A DNA stretch of 64,000 nucleotides, from IMG/VR virus record IMGVR_UViG_3300028837_004134, positions 1-64,000 of that record; one strand, 5' to 3'. Shown here piece after piece: positions 36,930 through 46,606 of the stretch (within the stretch, counting starts at the first letter, position 1; the number at the start of each line of letters is the position of its first letter). Under the pieces are notes generated by a model that saw only the letters and a list, made by a program, of their open reading frames with translations, was not told the DNA's origin and ran no database searches. A program made the position numbers and the translations under genes. This DNA is from a virus.

Positions 36930-37742
36930 TTATTGATAGAAATACATTTCCAGCTTCTCGACGGCATCAATATCGCCAAAAGATGCCTGGTCGGAGACCA
37001 CTGGCTGTATCTGAACTAATTGCTCTGTTCCAGCCACACGAACTGCTACCTTCAGAGTCGCCTTCATGTGCACTTTCGACAACTCAAGAATCTGGATGTC
37101 AAGACGGTAGTTATGACCTTCACCGGTCAACGCTACTTTGACGCGGTCACCACTGGTCGACTTGAGTTCGGCAGTGTCCCCCGTCTCGTCGGCTCCGAAT
37201 GGGCTCAAGATAAAAGTGGCCTTTGGCGGTCTCACTTCGGCGGCAGACAGCTCCTTCTCAGGCCAATCAACGACACCCAGATTCACGCGGCCTTGAGTGT
37301 CAGTTACGAATTCCTGATTCCCCAAGGGCAATTTCACCAGGACGTTCTCATACAGAGTAGGATCATCAGCCACGACATACAGCCATGTTTCCTTGGTATG
37401 AGCGTCTCGAACGGCTCGAAGCAGGACCTGTTGATCTTCCGAGGCAAGCGTGATTGCATCTTTCTCGGTGTCTCGTTGCGCACCCTGTGCGGCCAGTTTC
37501 AGCGGTGTCGGTCCGCCCGGGGTAGCGTCCAGTGGCAAGGGCATCAGGCGTATAATATCTGGCGTCGCCGAAGCATCCCAAACGGCCTGAAGGCGCTCCA
37601 GCTCCTTGTTCAGCTGAGTCAACGTGAACCGGCACTGGGGACAGTCCTCCAGATGGCGCTCCAGACTTACCTGGTTTGGGGCGTCTTCCTCCAGCAGATA
37701 CCTCTCCCACTGCTCGCTGGTTGGGCATTCCCATTTCTGCAT
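36930..37742 (-). CDS. Zinc-finger (zf-HC2/ZAS-like) anti-sigma-like protein
   Basis: CPTSEQWERYL...ERHLEDCPQC (HxxxCxxC); no TM segment seen. Confidence 0.7.
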   Translation of the reverse strand: MQKWECPTSEQWERYLLEEDAPNQVSLERHLEDCPQCRFTLTQLNKELERLQAVWDASATPDIIRLMPLPLDATPGGPTPLKLAAQGAQRDTEKDAITLASEDQQVLLRAVRDAHTKETWLYVVADDPTLYENVLVKLPLGNQEFVTDTQGRVNLGVVDWPEKELSAAEVRPPKATFILSPFGADETGDTAELKSTSGDRVKVALTGEGHNYRLDIQILELSKVHMKATLKVAVRVAGTEQLVQIQPVVSDQASFGDIDAVEKLEMYFYQ

Positions 37743-37840
37743 ACTACTATCTTTCCCGCTTCCTCAACAAAACACGGAATTACTTCCTCCAACCTGTCAC
37801 AATGTAATAGGTGCAGGGCACCACGCCTGCAGATTTCTAT

Positions 37841-38869
37841 TCATAAGTATTGTTTCCTCATGGCTTCAATGAAGCCCTTTTGGACTGACTCAGCCAGGTA
37901 TTCGAATCTGGTTCGCAGGGTCTGCCTGTAGTCTTCAAGGGTCAGGCTTGGTTTGTGCACGTGAAGATACTCATAGTAACTCTGTGCCGGGCCACCATCA
38001 GCACAATCGGCTACCAGATCGGAAAGAGCTAGCCTAAACACTTCGACGACATCTGGATGTAGCTTTCCTGTATCCTGATATCGAGCGAGCTTGATCTCCA
38101 CATTCTGAAAAGCCTGATCGGTCGCACGGTCAATGGCCACCGACAGAAGAGGGTCATCGCGATTGCGGGGAACCTCATTCGCCAATTGTTGGGCCTTGAT
38201 CTCAGAAGTGGTTTCACGCAGGGCAGAGAACAGTATCTCGACCTGAACAGGTTTTTGGAGGCCAGCAGTACGAGCGACCTGCAAGAGAATTGCATGGACC
38301 AAATCCGTGAGATTCCCGTAATGCGCACCTTGCTCGTTGATGATCCTGACCAACTCGTCATGGCTTAGAGGAGTCTCATTCGCTCTGAAGTCGGCTATAT
38401 TTGTCAGGGTGACCCATTCGGGTTTATCAACGGGAAAAACCACCACGCGCTCATCCTGGCGAATTACTCGATGAAGATTCCTCCAGAGGCGAGCGCTCAG
38501 AGCATCGTTCTCCCCCCACCGGTGGAACAACTCCTGTGATGCGGCTCTGACCACCACGGACTTGAATTTCAGGAACAGGGGGGTATCATCGTACTGAAGC
38601 ATGTTCGCCAGTGCCTTTACCAAAGGCGAATCTGGCGCGTCCTTACTGAACAAACCTGAAAGGACGGATGTCGCCATTTGCTCAACCGATGTCTCCTGAG
38701 CTTGAGACGCTGCATGTAGCCGCCCCCAGAGCTTTTCCCGGACAATAGACGCTGCCAGTCTAACTAATCGGCCAACCGGCATGGCGTTGGAGGTCCCTCC
38801 GCAGTACTGACGGAGACATCCAGCGACCTCAGCAATGAGATTATTGTCGGAGGCCGCTTGGTATCTCAT
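37841..38869 (-). CDS. Helical protein, possibly a highly divergent sigma-like factor
   Basis: Position upstream of the ZAS gene; weak region-2-like SVEQMATSVLSGLF; ATGA overlap with hsdR stop. Confidence 0.4.
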   Translation of the reverse strand: MRYQAASDNNLIAEVAGCLRQYCGGTSNAMPVGRLVRLAASIVREKLWGRLHAASQAQETSVEQMATSVLSGLFSKDAPDSPLVKALANMLQYDDTPLFLKFKSVVVRAASQELFHRWGENDALSARLWRNLHRVIRQDERVVVFPVDKPEWVTLTNIADFRANETPLSHDELVRIINEQGAHYGNLTDLVHAILLQVARTAGLQKPVQVEILFSALRETTSEIKAQQLANEVPRNRDDPLLSVAIDRATDQAFQNVEIKLARYQDTGKLHPDVVEVFRLALSDLVADCADGGPAQSYYEYLHVHKPSLTLEDYRQTLRTRFEYLAESVQKGFIEAMRKQYL

Positions 38870-41868
38870 TCTTGTTGACTCTCCTCATCCCGAATCTGTT
38901 CGTAGACCTGTTTGAGCAGGTGCTGGCCGACGATGTCCTGAAATTTCTTTTCGTTCATGAACTTTGCGGTTATCTCCTCGTTCTGTTCCATCCGGTCGAT
39001 AAAGAGGCCCTCCAGCGCCTTCAGGAACACGTAACCGAAGTTCTCCATCGTGTTGGCGAGCGCCGCTTGGCGCAGGTCGGTGTCGGCCACAGCATCTCCC
39101 AGGATGGAATCAAGGAAGAGCTGGTCAGCAGGTTTGAACTCGGTGCCGAATCTCTCATTGAGGATATCAATCAGTTTGGACAGTTCGATCTCATCTCCCC
39201 GGGCGATGCCTGTACCTACGGAAGTTGGCCCGGATACTGGTTCCTGCTTGCCGGTTTCCAACTTGATTAATCCCTCGCCAATCTTCTGGAGGCGGTAGTA
39301 CTTAAGCGCCACCTCGTCGTCGAAATTGTAGACCGGCCCTCGGTCACCTCTCGGTAATTTAGTGAGCAAGAATCGAATGTAGGAGTATAGTTTTTCCAAG
39401 TCCGAGTCCTGGAAGGGGATTACCTGCGCCATAAACGAGTACAGATTCCGGAAGGCGACAAGCGTCTTGCGGAATTCCTCCCGGACCTCCTCTTCAAGCT
39501 CGTTGTATCGACCCACAGCCGGATCGATGCAGGCATTCATCCGGGCGTGATCTGCGGTTGTTTGGCTGCGTTTCGGCTTATAGAAGACCTTGCAGAATTC
39601 CTCGACCTCGGCCTTGTAGTAGACCTGGTGTGCGTCTAACTTAGCCTGGAGTTCGTAGAGTTGTCTTGCGTCGGCCCGCTCGCCGATGAGTGTCTGCTCG
39701 TAGTAGGGCTGGAACGCCGCCAGGATTTCATCCGGTTCGTTGACGAAATCTAGGACGAACGTGTTTTCTTTGCCGGGATGGGTGCGGTTCAGGCGCGAGA
39801 GTGTCTGCACGGCCTGAATGCCTGCCAGCCGCTTGTCTACATACATAGTATGAAGAAGCGGCTGGTCAAAGCCTGTCTGATACTTCTCGGCCACGAGAAG
39901 CACCTGATATTCGTCCGTGCCGAACCGCTCCGGCAGCTCCTTCTCTCGAATGCCCTTGTTCATTCCGACTTCGGTGTATTCGACATTCGGCGCGTCCGGG
40001 TCAATAACCCTACCGGAGAAAGCAACCAGCGTCTTAATTCCTGTGTAACCTTTTTCGGCGATGTACTTGTCAAATGCCTGCTTATACCGGACAGCATGGA
40101 GGCGACTGGAGGTGACCACCATCGCCTTGGCTTTTCCGCCAATCTTGTGCATGGTGAAGTGGCGGAAATGTTCGACCATTACCTCGGTCTTTTGCGCGAT
40201 GTTGTGAGGGTGCAAGCTCATGAACCGTGCAAGCGCCCGGGCAGCCTTACGCTTGTCCACCCTGGGATCATTCTCAATAGATTTGATCAGCCGGTAGTAG
40301 GTTTTGTACGTAGTGTAGTTATTGAGCACGTCGAGGATGAAGCCTTCTTCGATGGCTTGCCGCATGCTATAAAGGTGAAAGGGAAGAGGCTTGCCGTCCG
40401 CGCCAGGAGTGCCGAACACCTCCAACGTCTTGTACTTGGGTGTCGCGGTGAAGGCGAAGAAGCTGATATTGGACTGGTGGCCGCGCTTGGCCATGGTCTT
40501 GAGGATTTCCTCTTCGTAGTCGGGCAGCCCTTCCTCCTCGGCCTTCGCCCTGGCCTCTTCTTTGATTGCCGCTCCTGCGAGCACACCCTTGAGTTCGGTC
40601 GCCGTCTCGCCGCCCTGGGAGCTGTGCGCCTCATCAACCAGCACCGCATATCGGCGCGTGGGTAAATCGCCCATTTTCTCGGTGACGAAGGGAAACTTCT
40701 GTAACGTCGTGATCACGATCGGCACCCCGGACCCAAGGGCCTCGGCCAATTGGGTCGAGTTTATGTCAATCTTCTGAACAACACCCTGTTTGTGTTCAAA
40801 CTGATAGATTGTGTTTTGAAGCTGTTGGTCAAGTACGACCCTATCGGTCACCACGATGATCGAGTCGTAGATCTTCTCATCCTGGTCATCATAGAGACTC
40901 GCCAACCTGTGAGCCAACCACGCGATTGAGTTCGACTTCCCGCTGCCAGCTGAGTGCTGGACAAGGTAATTGGTTCCGGTGCCGCGTTCGCGCGCATCAG
41001 CCACGAGTTCCCTTACGCAATCAAGCTGGTGATAGCGCGGAAAGATCATCGTCTCACGCTTAACATTCTTGCTTCCGAGTCTCTTCTCGTCGGTCTGGAG
41101 ATGAATGAACCGCGCAAGAATATCGAGGAAACTGTGCCGTTCTAACACATCTTCCCACAGATAAGCTGTCTTGCAACCATGCGGATTCTCGGGATTGCCG
41201 GCTCCGCCACCGTAGCCCCTGTTGAAGGGCAGGAATCTCGTGTTCCGGCCAGAAAGACGCGTGGTCATGTAGACCTCGTCAGTGTCCACGGCGAAATGAA
41301 CGAGGGAACGTTTCTTGAACTGGAAGATCAGATCAGACGGATCACGGTCGTTCTTGTACTGCGTCACCGCATGCCGCCAGGTCTGGGCGGTCATGGGATT
41401 CTTGAGTTCCAGCGTGGCGACAGGAATGCCGTTCAGGGCGAGGGTCACATCGAGAGTGTTGCCATGCTTGGCCGAGTAGCGCAGCTGGCGTGTGATCGTG
41501 AGCCGGTTGGCCACATAGAGTTTCTGGGTGTCTGGGTTCATCCCGCTTGCAGGTGCGAAGTAGGCCACGCGGAACAGCTTGCCAAAGCACTTGAATCCGT
41601 GTCGCAGGACGGAGAGACAGCCTTCGTGCTCGGAGTTGAGTGCCCGGCATAGGTCGTCAAGCAGAGTCTCTTCAGCATTCTCCTTTTGAAGGTCGGCGAG
41701 GTACTCCCACTCCTTGGGTTGAGTCTCCCGGATAAAAGCCAGCACCTCCTGCGGGAACAGGCAACGCTCCGGGTCGAAAGTGTCGTGATCGCATCTCACG
41801 TAACCACCTGTTGTCGTCAGGTGGTGTTCAATGGCAGTCTCGAATGCCCTCTCGTTTGTCTGCGTCAT
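38866..41868 (-). CDS. hsdR: Type I restriction enzyme R subunit
   Basis: LELKNP, HSAGSGKSNS, DEAH, FTATP, TGFDQP, QTLSRLNR. Confidence 0.95.
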   Translation of the reverse strand: MTQTNERAFETAIEHHLTTTGGYVRCDHDTFDPERCLFPQEVLAFIRETQPKEWEYLADLQKENAEETLLDDLCRALNSEHEGCLSVLRHGFKCFGKLFRVAYFAPASGMNPDTQKLYVANRLTITRQLRYSAKHGNTLDVTLALNGIPVATLELKNPMTAQTWRHAVTQYKNDRDPSDLIFQFKKRSLVHFAVDTDEVYMTTRLSGRNTRFLPFNRGYGGGAGNPENPHGCKTAYLWEDVLERHSFLDILARFIHLQTDEKRLGSKNVKRETMIFPRYHQLDCVRELVADARERGTGTNYLVQHSAGSGKSNSIAWLAHRLASLYDDQDEKIYDSIIVVTDRVVLDQQLQNTIYQFEHKQGVVQKIDINSTQLAEALGSGVPIVITTLQKFPFVTEKMGDLPTRRYAVLVDEAHSSQGGETATELKGVLAGAAIKEEARAKAEEEGLPDYEEEILKTMAKRGHQSNISFFAFTATPKYKTLEVFGTPGADGKPLPFHLYSMRQAIEEGFILDVLNNYTTYKTYYRLIKSIENDPRVDKRKAARALARFMSLHPHNIAQKTEVMVEHFRHFTMHKIGGKAKAMVVTSSRLHAVRYKQAFDKYIAEKGYTGIKTLVAFSGRVIDPDAPNVEYTEVGMNKGIREKELPERFGTDEYQVLLVAEKYQTGFDQPLLHTMYVDKRLAGIQAVQTLSRLNRTHPGKENTFVLDFVNEPDEILAAFQPYYEQTLIGERADARQLYELQAKLDAHQVYYKAEVEEFCKVFYKPKRSQTTADHARMNACIDPAVGRYNELEEEVREEFRKTLVAFRNLYSFMAQVIPFQDSDLEKLYSYIRFLLTKLPRGDRGPVYNFDDEVALKYYRLQKIGEGLIKLETGKQEPVSGPTSVGTGIARGDEIELSKLIDILNERFGTEFKPADQLFLDSILGDAVADTDLRQAALANTMENFGYVFLKALEGLFIDRMEQNEEITAKFMNEKKFQDIVGQHLLKQVYEQIRDEESQQE

Positions 41869-42359
41869 TTGCTTGGTCCCAAGACGAAGCGGGCTCGCTC
41901 GTGTCGGAGCATCTCATAGGGTGTCATGACCTTTATTCCAAGGCCAATGCAAACATTCGGGATTTTGATCTTCTTTGTTGAAGGCGATGCAATCTCGTGG
42001 GTCACGACAGTGTCTCCGTGAGCCAGGGCGTGGGCCACCAGGTAGTAGTCGGCAACCTGAAGGAATGTACTCACAGCAACAGGTTCGTAGTTTTGGCTCG
42101 TCGCCCATTCACTGGCTGAACCAAGGGCAGGCAAAATTGCAGAATCGGGTTTCAGGAAGAAACTCGAACCGCGTTGCACAGCCCAAATTGCAAGATCATC
42201 CTCGCCCGCCTCTATCTCATCACCAACCTTTTCGATACTAAAAACCCGTTTCGCTGTGTTGTTCACGGCAAGCCATTCCCAAAAAGCCGGACAGAAATCG
42301 AGGCCATAATGGAGGTTCTTTGCCTGAATAAACACATTGGCATCAAGTAGGTAAGCCAT
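41865..42359 (-). CDS. DUF4411-family PIN-like protein
   Basis: YLLDANVFI...FWEWL...ADYYLVAHA...VVTHE...KIPNVC. Confidence 0.85.
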   Translation of the reverse strand: MAYLLDANVFIQAKNLHYGLDFCPAFWEWLAVNNTAKRVFSIEKVGDEIEAGEDDLAIWAVQRGSSFFLKPDSAILPALGSASEWATSQNYEPVAVSTFLQVADYYLVAHALAHGDTVVTHEIASPSTKKIKIPNVCIGLGIKVMTPYEMLRHERARFVLGPSK

Positions 42360-43501
42360 CAGAGCACCCCCAGGCTATGGCCAAGTTCGTGGAACGTCGC
42401 AAGTTTTGAGAAGCCGAGCAAACGGAAGGCGTCGCGATGTAATGTCTGACCCTCCAGTGTGCTGATGACAAGTGCGCGGGCAAATCGCTTGCTCACTCGA
42501 GCAGCTTGTGTCCAATAGAAGTTGCCGCCGCTACCTTTTGGAATCGCCCGCAGCCGTTCCACTTCCGCGAAGAAGGCATCCCAGAGTACCTCGCGGGTGA
42601 TGCCGCCTACGTCATGGATACGCCGTAGAATGACGAGCGTGCTCACCTTGAAAAGCCGCGCCAGACGGCTGACCTCGTCATCTAACTCATCACTCTGTCG
42701 ATACTCCTGCCTAATCACCGAAAGGGGCACCAAGAGCTCTGCGGCAACCTGGTCGCACCACTTCTCGACATGATGTGACGGTGAAGTAACAGGCCCCACG
42801 TCGGAGAGCGCGGATTCACCGACCCAAAGATGAGCCAGTTCATGCGCGAGTGTGAACATTTGAGCGGATTTCGTGTCAGAACCATTTATGAACACGAGCG
42901 GTGCAAACTCATCCACAAGCGCAAAACCTCTGAATTCTTCCGGGTCCAGTTTGCGCCGATTGTTGCTTCCTACAACTCCGCTTACCATCACCATCACGCC
43001 AAAGTTGTCCGTCTGCTCAACGAAGCGGCGCAGAGCTTCGGTCCACGTGGGTAGTCGTCGTCTCTCTTCAATATCAAACCTCAATGAATGCCGAATGGCT
43101 GCGGCAACTGTGACAATGTCACTTGACGGATCAGCGGACCCGACGAATGAAAGCGGCTCTTCTCCTACGGATCGAGCGAAATCGTGATACCACTCCTGAC
43201 GCTGTTGGCAGATGTAAATAGTGTCAAGCAGATCCGGGCTGGGGTGGCCAATATACTCGTTACCGATGGTACGGAAGTCGGGAATAGGGACGGTCTCGAC
43301 TGGCGGTTCCGGGAGAAACAGGTAACCGACAGGCAAACGAGTGGCCTTGGCAAAGCTTTCGAGTTGTTTGAGAGTCGGATTAACCTCACCTCGCTCCCAG
43401 AGTTCAAGTTTAGGAAACTTCTTGGCAAGGCCACCTATGGTTTGTCTGGAACGTTCGCATGCCCAGCGCAGCAATTCAGGTTTGACATCGACACGTATCA
43501 C
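42359..43501 (-). CDS. HTH + ImmA/IrrE metallopeptidase
   Basis: WERGEVNPTLKQL HTH; FTLAHELAH (HExxH). Confidence 0.88.
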   Translation of the reverse strand: MIRVDVKPELLRWACERSRQTIGGLAKKFPKLELWERGEVNPTLKQLESFAKATRLPVGYLFLPEPPVETVPIPDFRTIGNEYIGHPSPDLLDTIYICQQRQEWYHDFARSVGEEPLSFVGSADPSSDIVTVAAAIRHSLRFDIEERRRLPTWTEALRRFVEQTDNFGVMVMVSGVVGSNNRRKLDPEEFRGFALVDEFAPLVFINGSDTKSAQMFTLAHELAHLWVGESALSDVGPVTSPSHHVEKWCDQVAAELLVPLSVIRQEYRQSDELDDEVSRLARLFKVSTLVILRRIHDVGGITREVLWDAFFAEVERLRAIPKGSGGNFYWTQAARVSKRFARALVISTLEGQTLHRDAFRLLGFSKLATFHELGHSLGVL

Positions 43502-43597
43502 GTGGTCTCCTTTTTCACGCCGATCTCGCCTGCCACAGCCGCCGTATTGGGGTGGTGCGCAATCACCGTCGCGATCCCCGTTCTACAATAGCCTCCG

Positions 43598-44650
43598 TCA
43601 TCGACCCTTTTCCGATTCTGATACCCAGCCTTTGTCGGCCAGACGCCTCCATGCGACGTGGATATGTTCTTGACGAAACATCCGCTTTCGGTCATTCCAA
43701 CTGTGAACCTGTCGCACCGCCTCATCAGACGTCCGCGCAGGGTTGTCCGTGTGCTTTGCGACCCAATGAACTGACGATAGAAGCTCCATGCCATAAGGCG
43801 TTTCAAAGCCTTCAATCAATTCTGCCACTTGTCCCAGACGTGTTCGACTCTCTTGTTGTGTTTCCAGAAATTCGCCGGCTTTTTGGGAAGCACCGGGAAG
43901 CAGCTCGATCTCCACGTCCGGTTTCTGTGTGTCGCCGTAACCTTGGGTGAAATGCCCTTCCATTATTTCCAGAACCTTGTTCAAGTTGTGCGCATAGGGT
44001 CCATAAAGGCCCGGCTCGTACTTCAGCCGCAGATTTTCACCCGCCTCCTGAAGGAAGTACCCGAGCTTCTGAATCTCGAGCAGTGTCAGACGATAGGCCA
44101 TTTCCTTGTACTGCGCTATGAGTGTGATGAACAGCGCTCGGGCCACGGTCATCTTAGGGCGTTGCGTCCGTATCGGCATGGCTTTGGCTTCCGGCGCTCC
44201 GTGAGGCTCAAATAGCAGCACCCTAACTTCGGGAAGCGATGAAAAGGCCTTCTCGATCATTGGACGGACAACGCTCCAACTCAGACCACCAAGACCGCAG
44301 CCCAGCGGTGGGATAGCGACGGACGACACCTTCAACTTCCCAACCTCTTCAATTAGTGCTCTTAACCCTGATTCAATATCCTCCAACCGCGATTTGCCGC
44401 GCCAATGCCGTTTGGTGGGGAAGTTGATAATGTATTTGGGGTTTAGCATGGCGCCGGTTTCGAATACGAACATCTTTCCGGGGTGCACTTCTTCCGCTCG
44501 GCACGCGCGTTCATACACCTTGAAGTTGTCGGGGAAGGCCTTCTTGAACTGAAGGGCGATGCCCTTGCCCATATAACCGAGACAATTCACCGTGTTGACC
44601 AATGCCTCTGCTTCGGCTCTGAGAATGTTGCCTTTGGCAATCTCTATCAT
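43598..44650 (-). CDS. darG: DarG macrodomain antitoxin (DNA ADP-ribosyl glycohydrolase)
   Basis: GNIL..ALVNTVNC.G.MGKGIALQFK, INFPTKRHW, PPLGCGLGGL; C-terminal ETPYGMELLSSVHW. Confidence 0.92.
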   Translation of the reverse strand: MIEIAKGNILRAEAEALVNTVNCLGYMGKGIALQFKKAFPDNFKVYERACRAEEVHPGKMFVFETGAMLNPKYIINFPTKRHWRGKSRLEDIESGLRALIEEVGKLKVSSVAIPPLGCGLGGLSWSVVRPMIEKAFSSLPEVRVLLFEPHGAPEAKAMPIRTQRPKMTVARALFITLIAQYKEMAYRLTLLEIQKLGYFLQEAGENLRLKYEPGLYGPYAHNLNKVLEIMEGHFTQGYGDTQKPDVEIELLPGASQKAGEFLETQQESRTRLGQVAELIEGFETPYGMELLSSVHWVAKHTDNPARTSDEAVRQVHSWNDRKRMFRQEHIHVAWRRLADKGWVSESEKGR

Positions 44651-44663
44651 GGTGACGCCTCCT

Positions 44664-45317
44664 CTATGAATAATAATACCATTCCGGCCTTACCCGCACA
44701 GGGCGGTGCAAGCTAGGCGGGAACTGGCTCATAATAGCTTCAACGTTTATTTTCATCCGGTCGGAGACAGTAGCGATCTCCTCAATCAGTTCCCAATCAC
44801 AAGACCGGTGCACAAGGAATTCGGCCTGTTTGCGACGCTGGCGGTCCATGTCATTCACGTTGTCAGCCCAGTACCGCTCGTAGACCATATCCCAATCGAC
44901 CTTGTCCAGGTCAGCTAGGTCATCATACCAATCCGTATATGCTGCAATGCCGTGCCCATCCGAGAATACAAAGCCGGCTCCGCTGTTCGCTACGGCCTGG
45001 GCCGTGGACACTACGTAGATCAATGGCTCCTGGCCCTCATTGTAGCCAGCAACCTGTCCGGTCTTGAGTTGAAGGAGCATCGGCGAAAGATACCCAAAGT
45101 AGAACGCTACGTAATCGTGAACAACCCCACACGGCCCGCACCCGATTTCTCTGATGTGGCGTTCTGATTGTATGTCCACGTTGTGAATCCTCTTGTACTG
45201 CAGCCCGTCATCGGGTGTGTGGATCGGTGCGTGCAAGCCGCCGCGCTGGAGGCACACGGGGAGGCTGTCCACGTGCATAAAGCGGAATATCGGCGTTGGA
45301 TTCGGCACCGCCATCAC
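44664..45317 (-). CDS. darT: DarT (DUF4433) DNA ADP-ribosyltransferase toxin
   Basis: FMHVDSL, HDYVAFYF...SPML, FSDGH, RRKQAEFLV; directly upstream of darG. Confidence 0.9.
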   Translation of the reverse strand: MMAVPNPTPIFRFMHVDSLPVCLQRGGLHAPIHTPDDGLQYKRIHNVDIQSERHIREIGCGPCGVVHDYVAFYFGYLSPMLLQLKTGQVAGYNEGQEPLIYVVSTAQAVANSGAGFVFSDGHGIAAYTDWYDDLADLDKVDWDMVYERYWADNVNDMDRQRRKQAEFLVHRSCDWELIEEIATVSDRMKINVEAIMSQFPPSLHRPVRVRPEWYYYS

Positions 45318-46606
45318 GCGACCTCCTTGCGAACGTCGATCTTGCCTGTCACCGCCGCCGAGATCAGCGCCGTGCGGTATTCACGCAGCTTCTCGATGCT
45401 GACACCGACCATCGCAATCAGCGCGTCAATCTGGCGAGTCTCGCAGTCGAGATGTTCGACTATTCTGTCTTGCTCGTCGCGTGGTGGGAATCCGAAGCGG
45501 TAGACGCGCAGCTTCTCAGCTGTCAAGTGCGGAATCGTGTTGGGGTTACCATAGGCCAGGAACACACCACTGTGGGCAGCTGCTCGCATGACGTAGTAGA
45601 AGAAACGCGGCAGGTCTCGCCCGCTCCGAGGCCGAACGCGGTGAATCGCCTTCTGAAAGGCACACACCGGCAGTTCGCCACGCCAGATTGCTGCTCGGCC
45701 GACTTCGCCGCCCTCGCAAACAAGCAGGTCTCCCGCCGCCAACGTGAAGCGGCTGTACTCGCCTGGGGCAATATCCATCTCCGGCAAGTTCTCTATATTC
45801 ACGCGGTTCCACTGGACATCGACATTCCGCAGGTACGGTAAGAGGTGCTCGCCCGTGATACGCTTCGCATCGAGCATCTTTCCCAACTCGACGCTGTATC
45901 TCGCGTAAAGCGGAGGAGTATCCCAATGCTTCGGTATCTGGCCCAGCCATTCGATGCCGGAGTCCTTCATCGGGGCGTTGGGATTGAGGCCCTTGGTGAC
46001 GGCGTGGTTGATGAGGGCGGATCGCTTCTCCTGGAGTAACTCGATCTGCCGCTGTTTCTTCTCGATCAGCGTATCGATTCGCCCCGTCTCGCGGTCGAGG
46101 AATGCAGCAATGGCGTGTTGTTCAGCCTTAGGGGGAAGGAGCACTGCCAGATTACCAATGAAATCCCAGTTGGCGCGAGGCATCTTTGCCCCATAGGTGG
46201 ACGAATCAACGACAGTGATAACGTCTGGATTGAGGAGGTAATTGAGGAGAAACCGCTGCTGAACGGCTTTCGGGCGAAGGACGAGTAGTTCTCCCGTGCA
46301 GATGCCGTCTGCGTTTGCGGCATGGACTTTCGCCAAGTACGGCCGGAGTTTGCCGAAGAGCACATCACCACGTCTGTGGAGGTTCGCCTGCCCCTCGCTT
46401 GACATCTCACCGTTTGGGGCGGTTCGCTTCCCCGTCCAGGACTCAATGTGTTCCAGGCCGGTGTACGGCAGATCGGACTCGCAACCGTCGACTTTTTGAT
46501 TGATAAGCACGGAACTGTACTTCAAGCGATGTACGTCCCAATCCTCTGGCACATCGCCCAACCATTCCACGCCGGAAGGCTTGTATTTCGGATACGGTCG
46601 CCTCAT
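45314..46606 (-). CDS. hsdS: Type I R-M specificity subunit
   Basis: Two TRDs with conserved repeats SGVEWLGDVPEDW / SGIEWLGQIPKHW, PP..EQ, ALISAAVTG. Confidence 0.95.
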   Translation of the reverse strand: MRRPYPKYKPSGVEWLGDVPEDWDVHRLKYSSVLINQKVDGCESDLPYTGLEHIESWTGKRTAPNGEMSSEGQANLHRRGDVLFGKLRPYLAKVHAANADGICTGELLVLRPKAVQQRFLLNYLLNPDVITVVDSSTYGAKMPRANWDFIGNLAVLLPPKAEQHAIAAFLDRETGRIDTLIEKKQRQIELLQEKRSALINHAVTKGLNPNAPMKDSGIEWLGQIPKHWDTPPLYARYSVELGKMLDAKRITGEHLLPYLRNVDVQWNRVNIENLPEMDIAPGEYSRFTLAAGDLLVCEGGEVGRAAIWRGELPVCAFQKAIHRVRPRSGRDLPRFFYYVMRAAAHSGVFLAYGNPNTIPHLTAEKLRVYRFGFPPRDEQDRIVEHLDCETRQIDALIAMVGVSIEKLREYRTALISAAVTGKIDVRKEVA

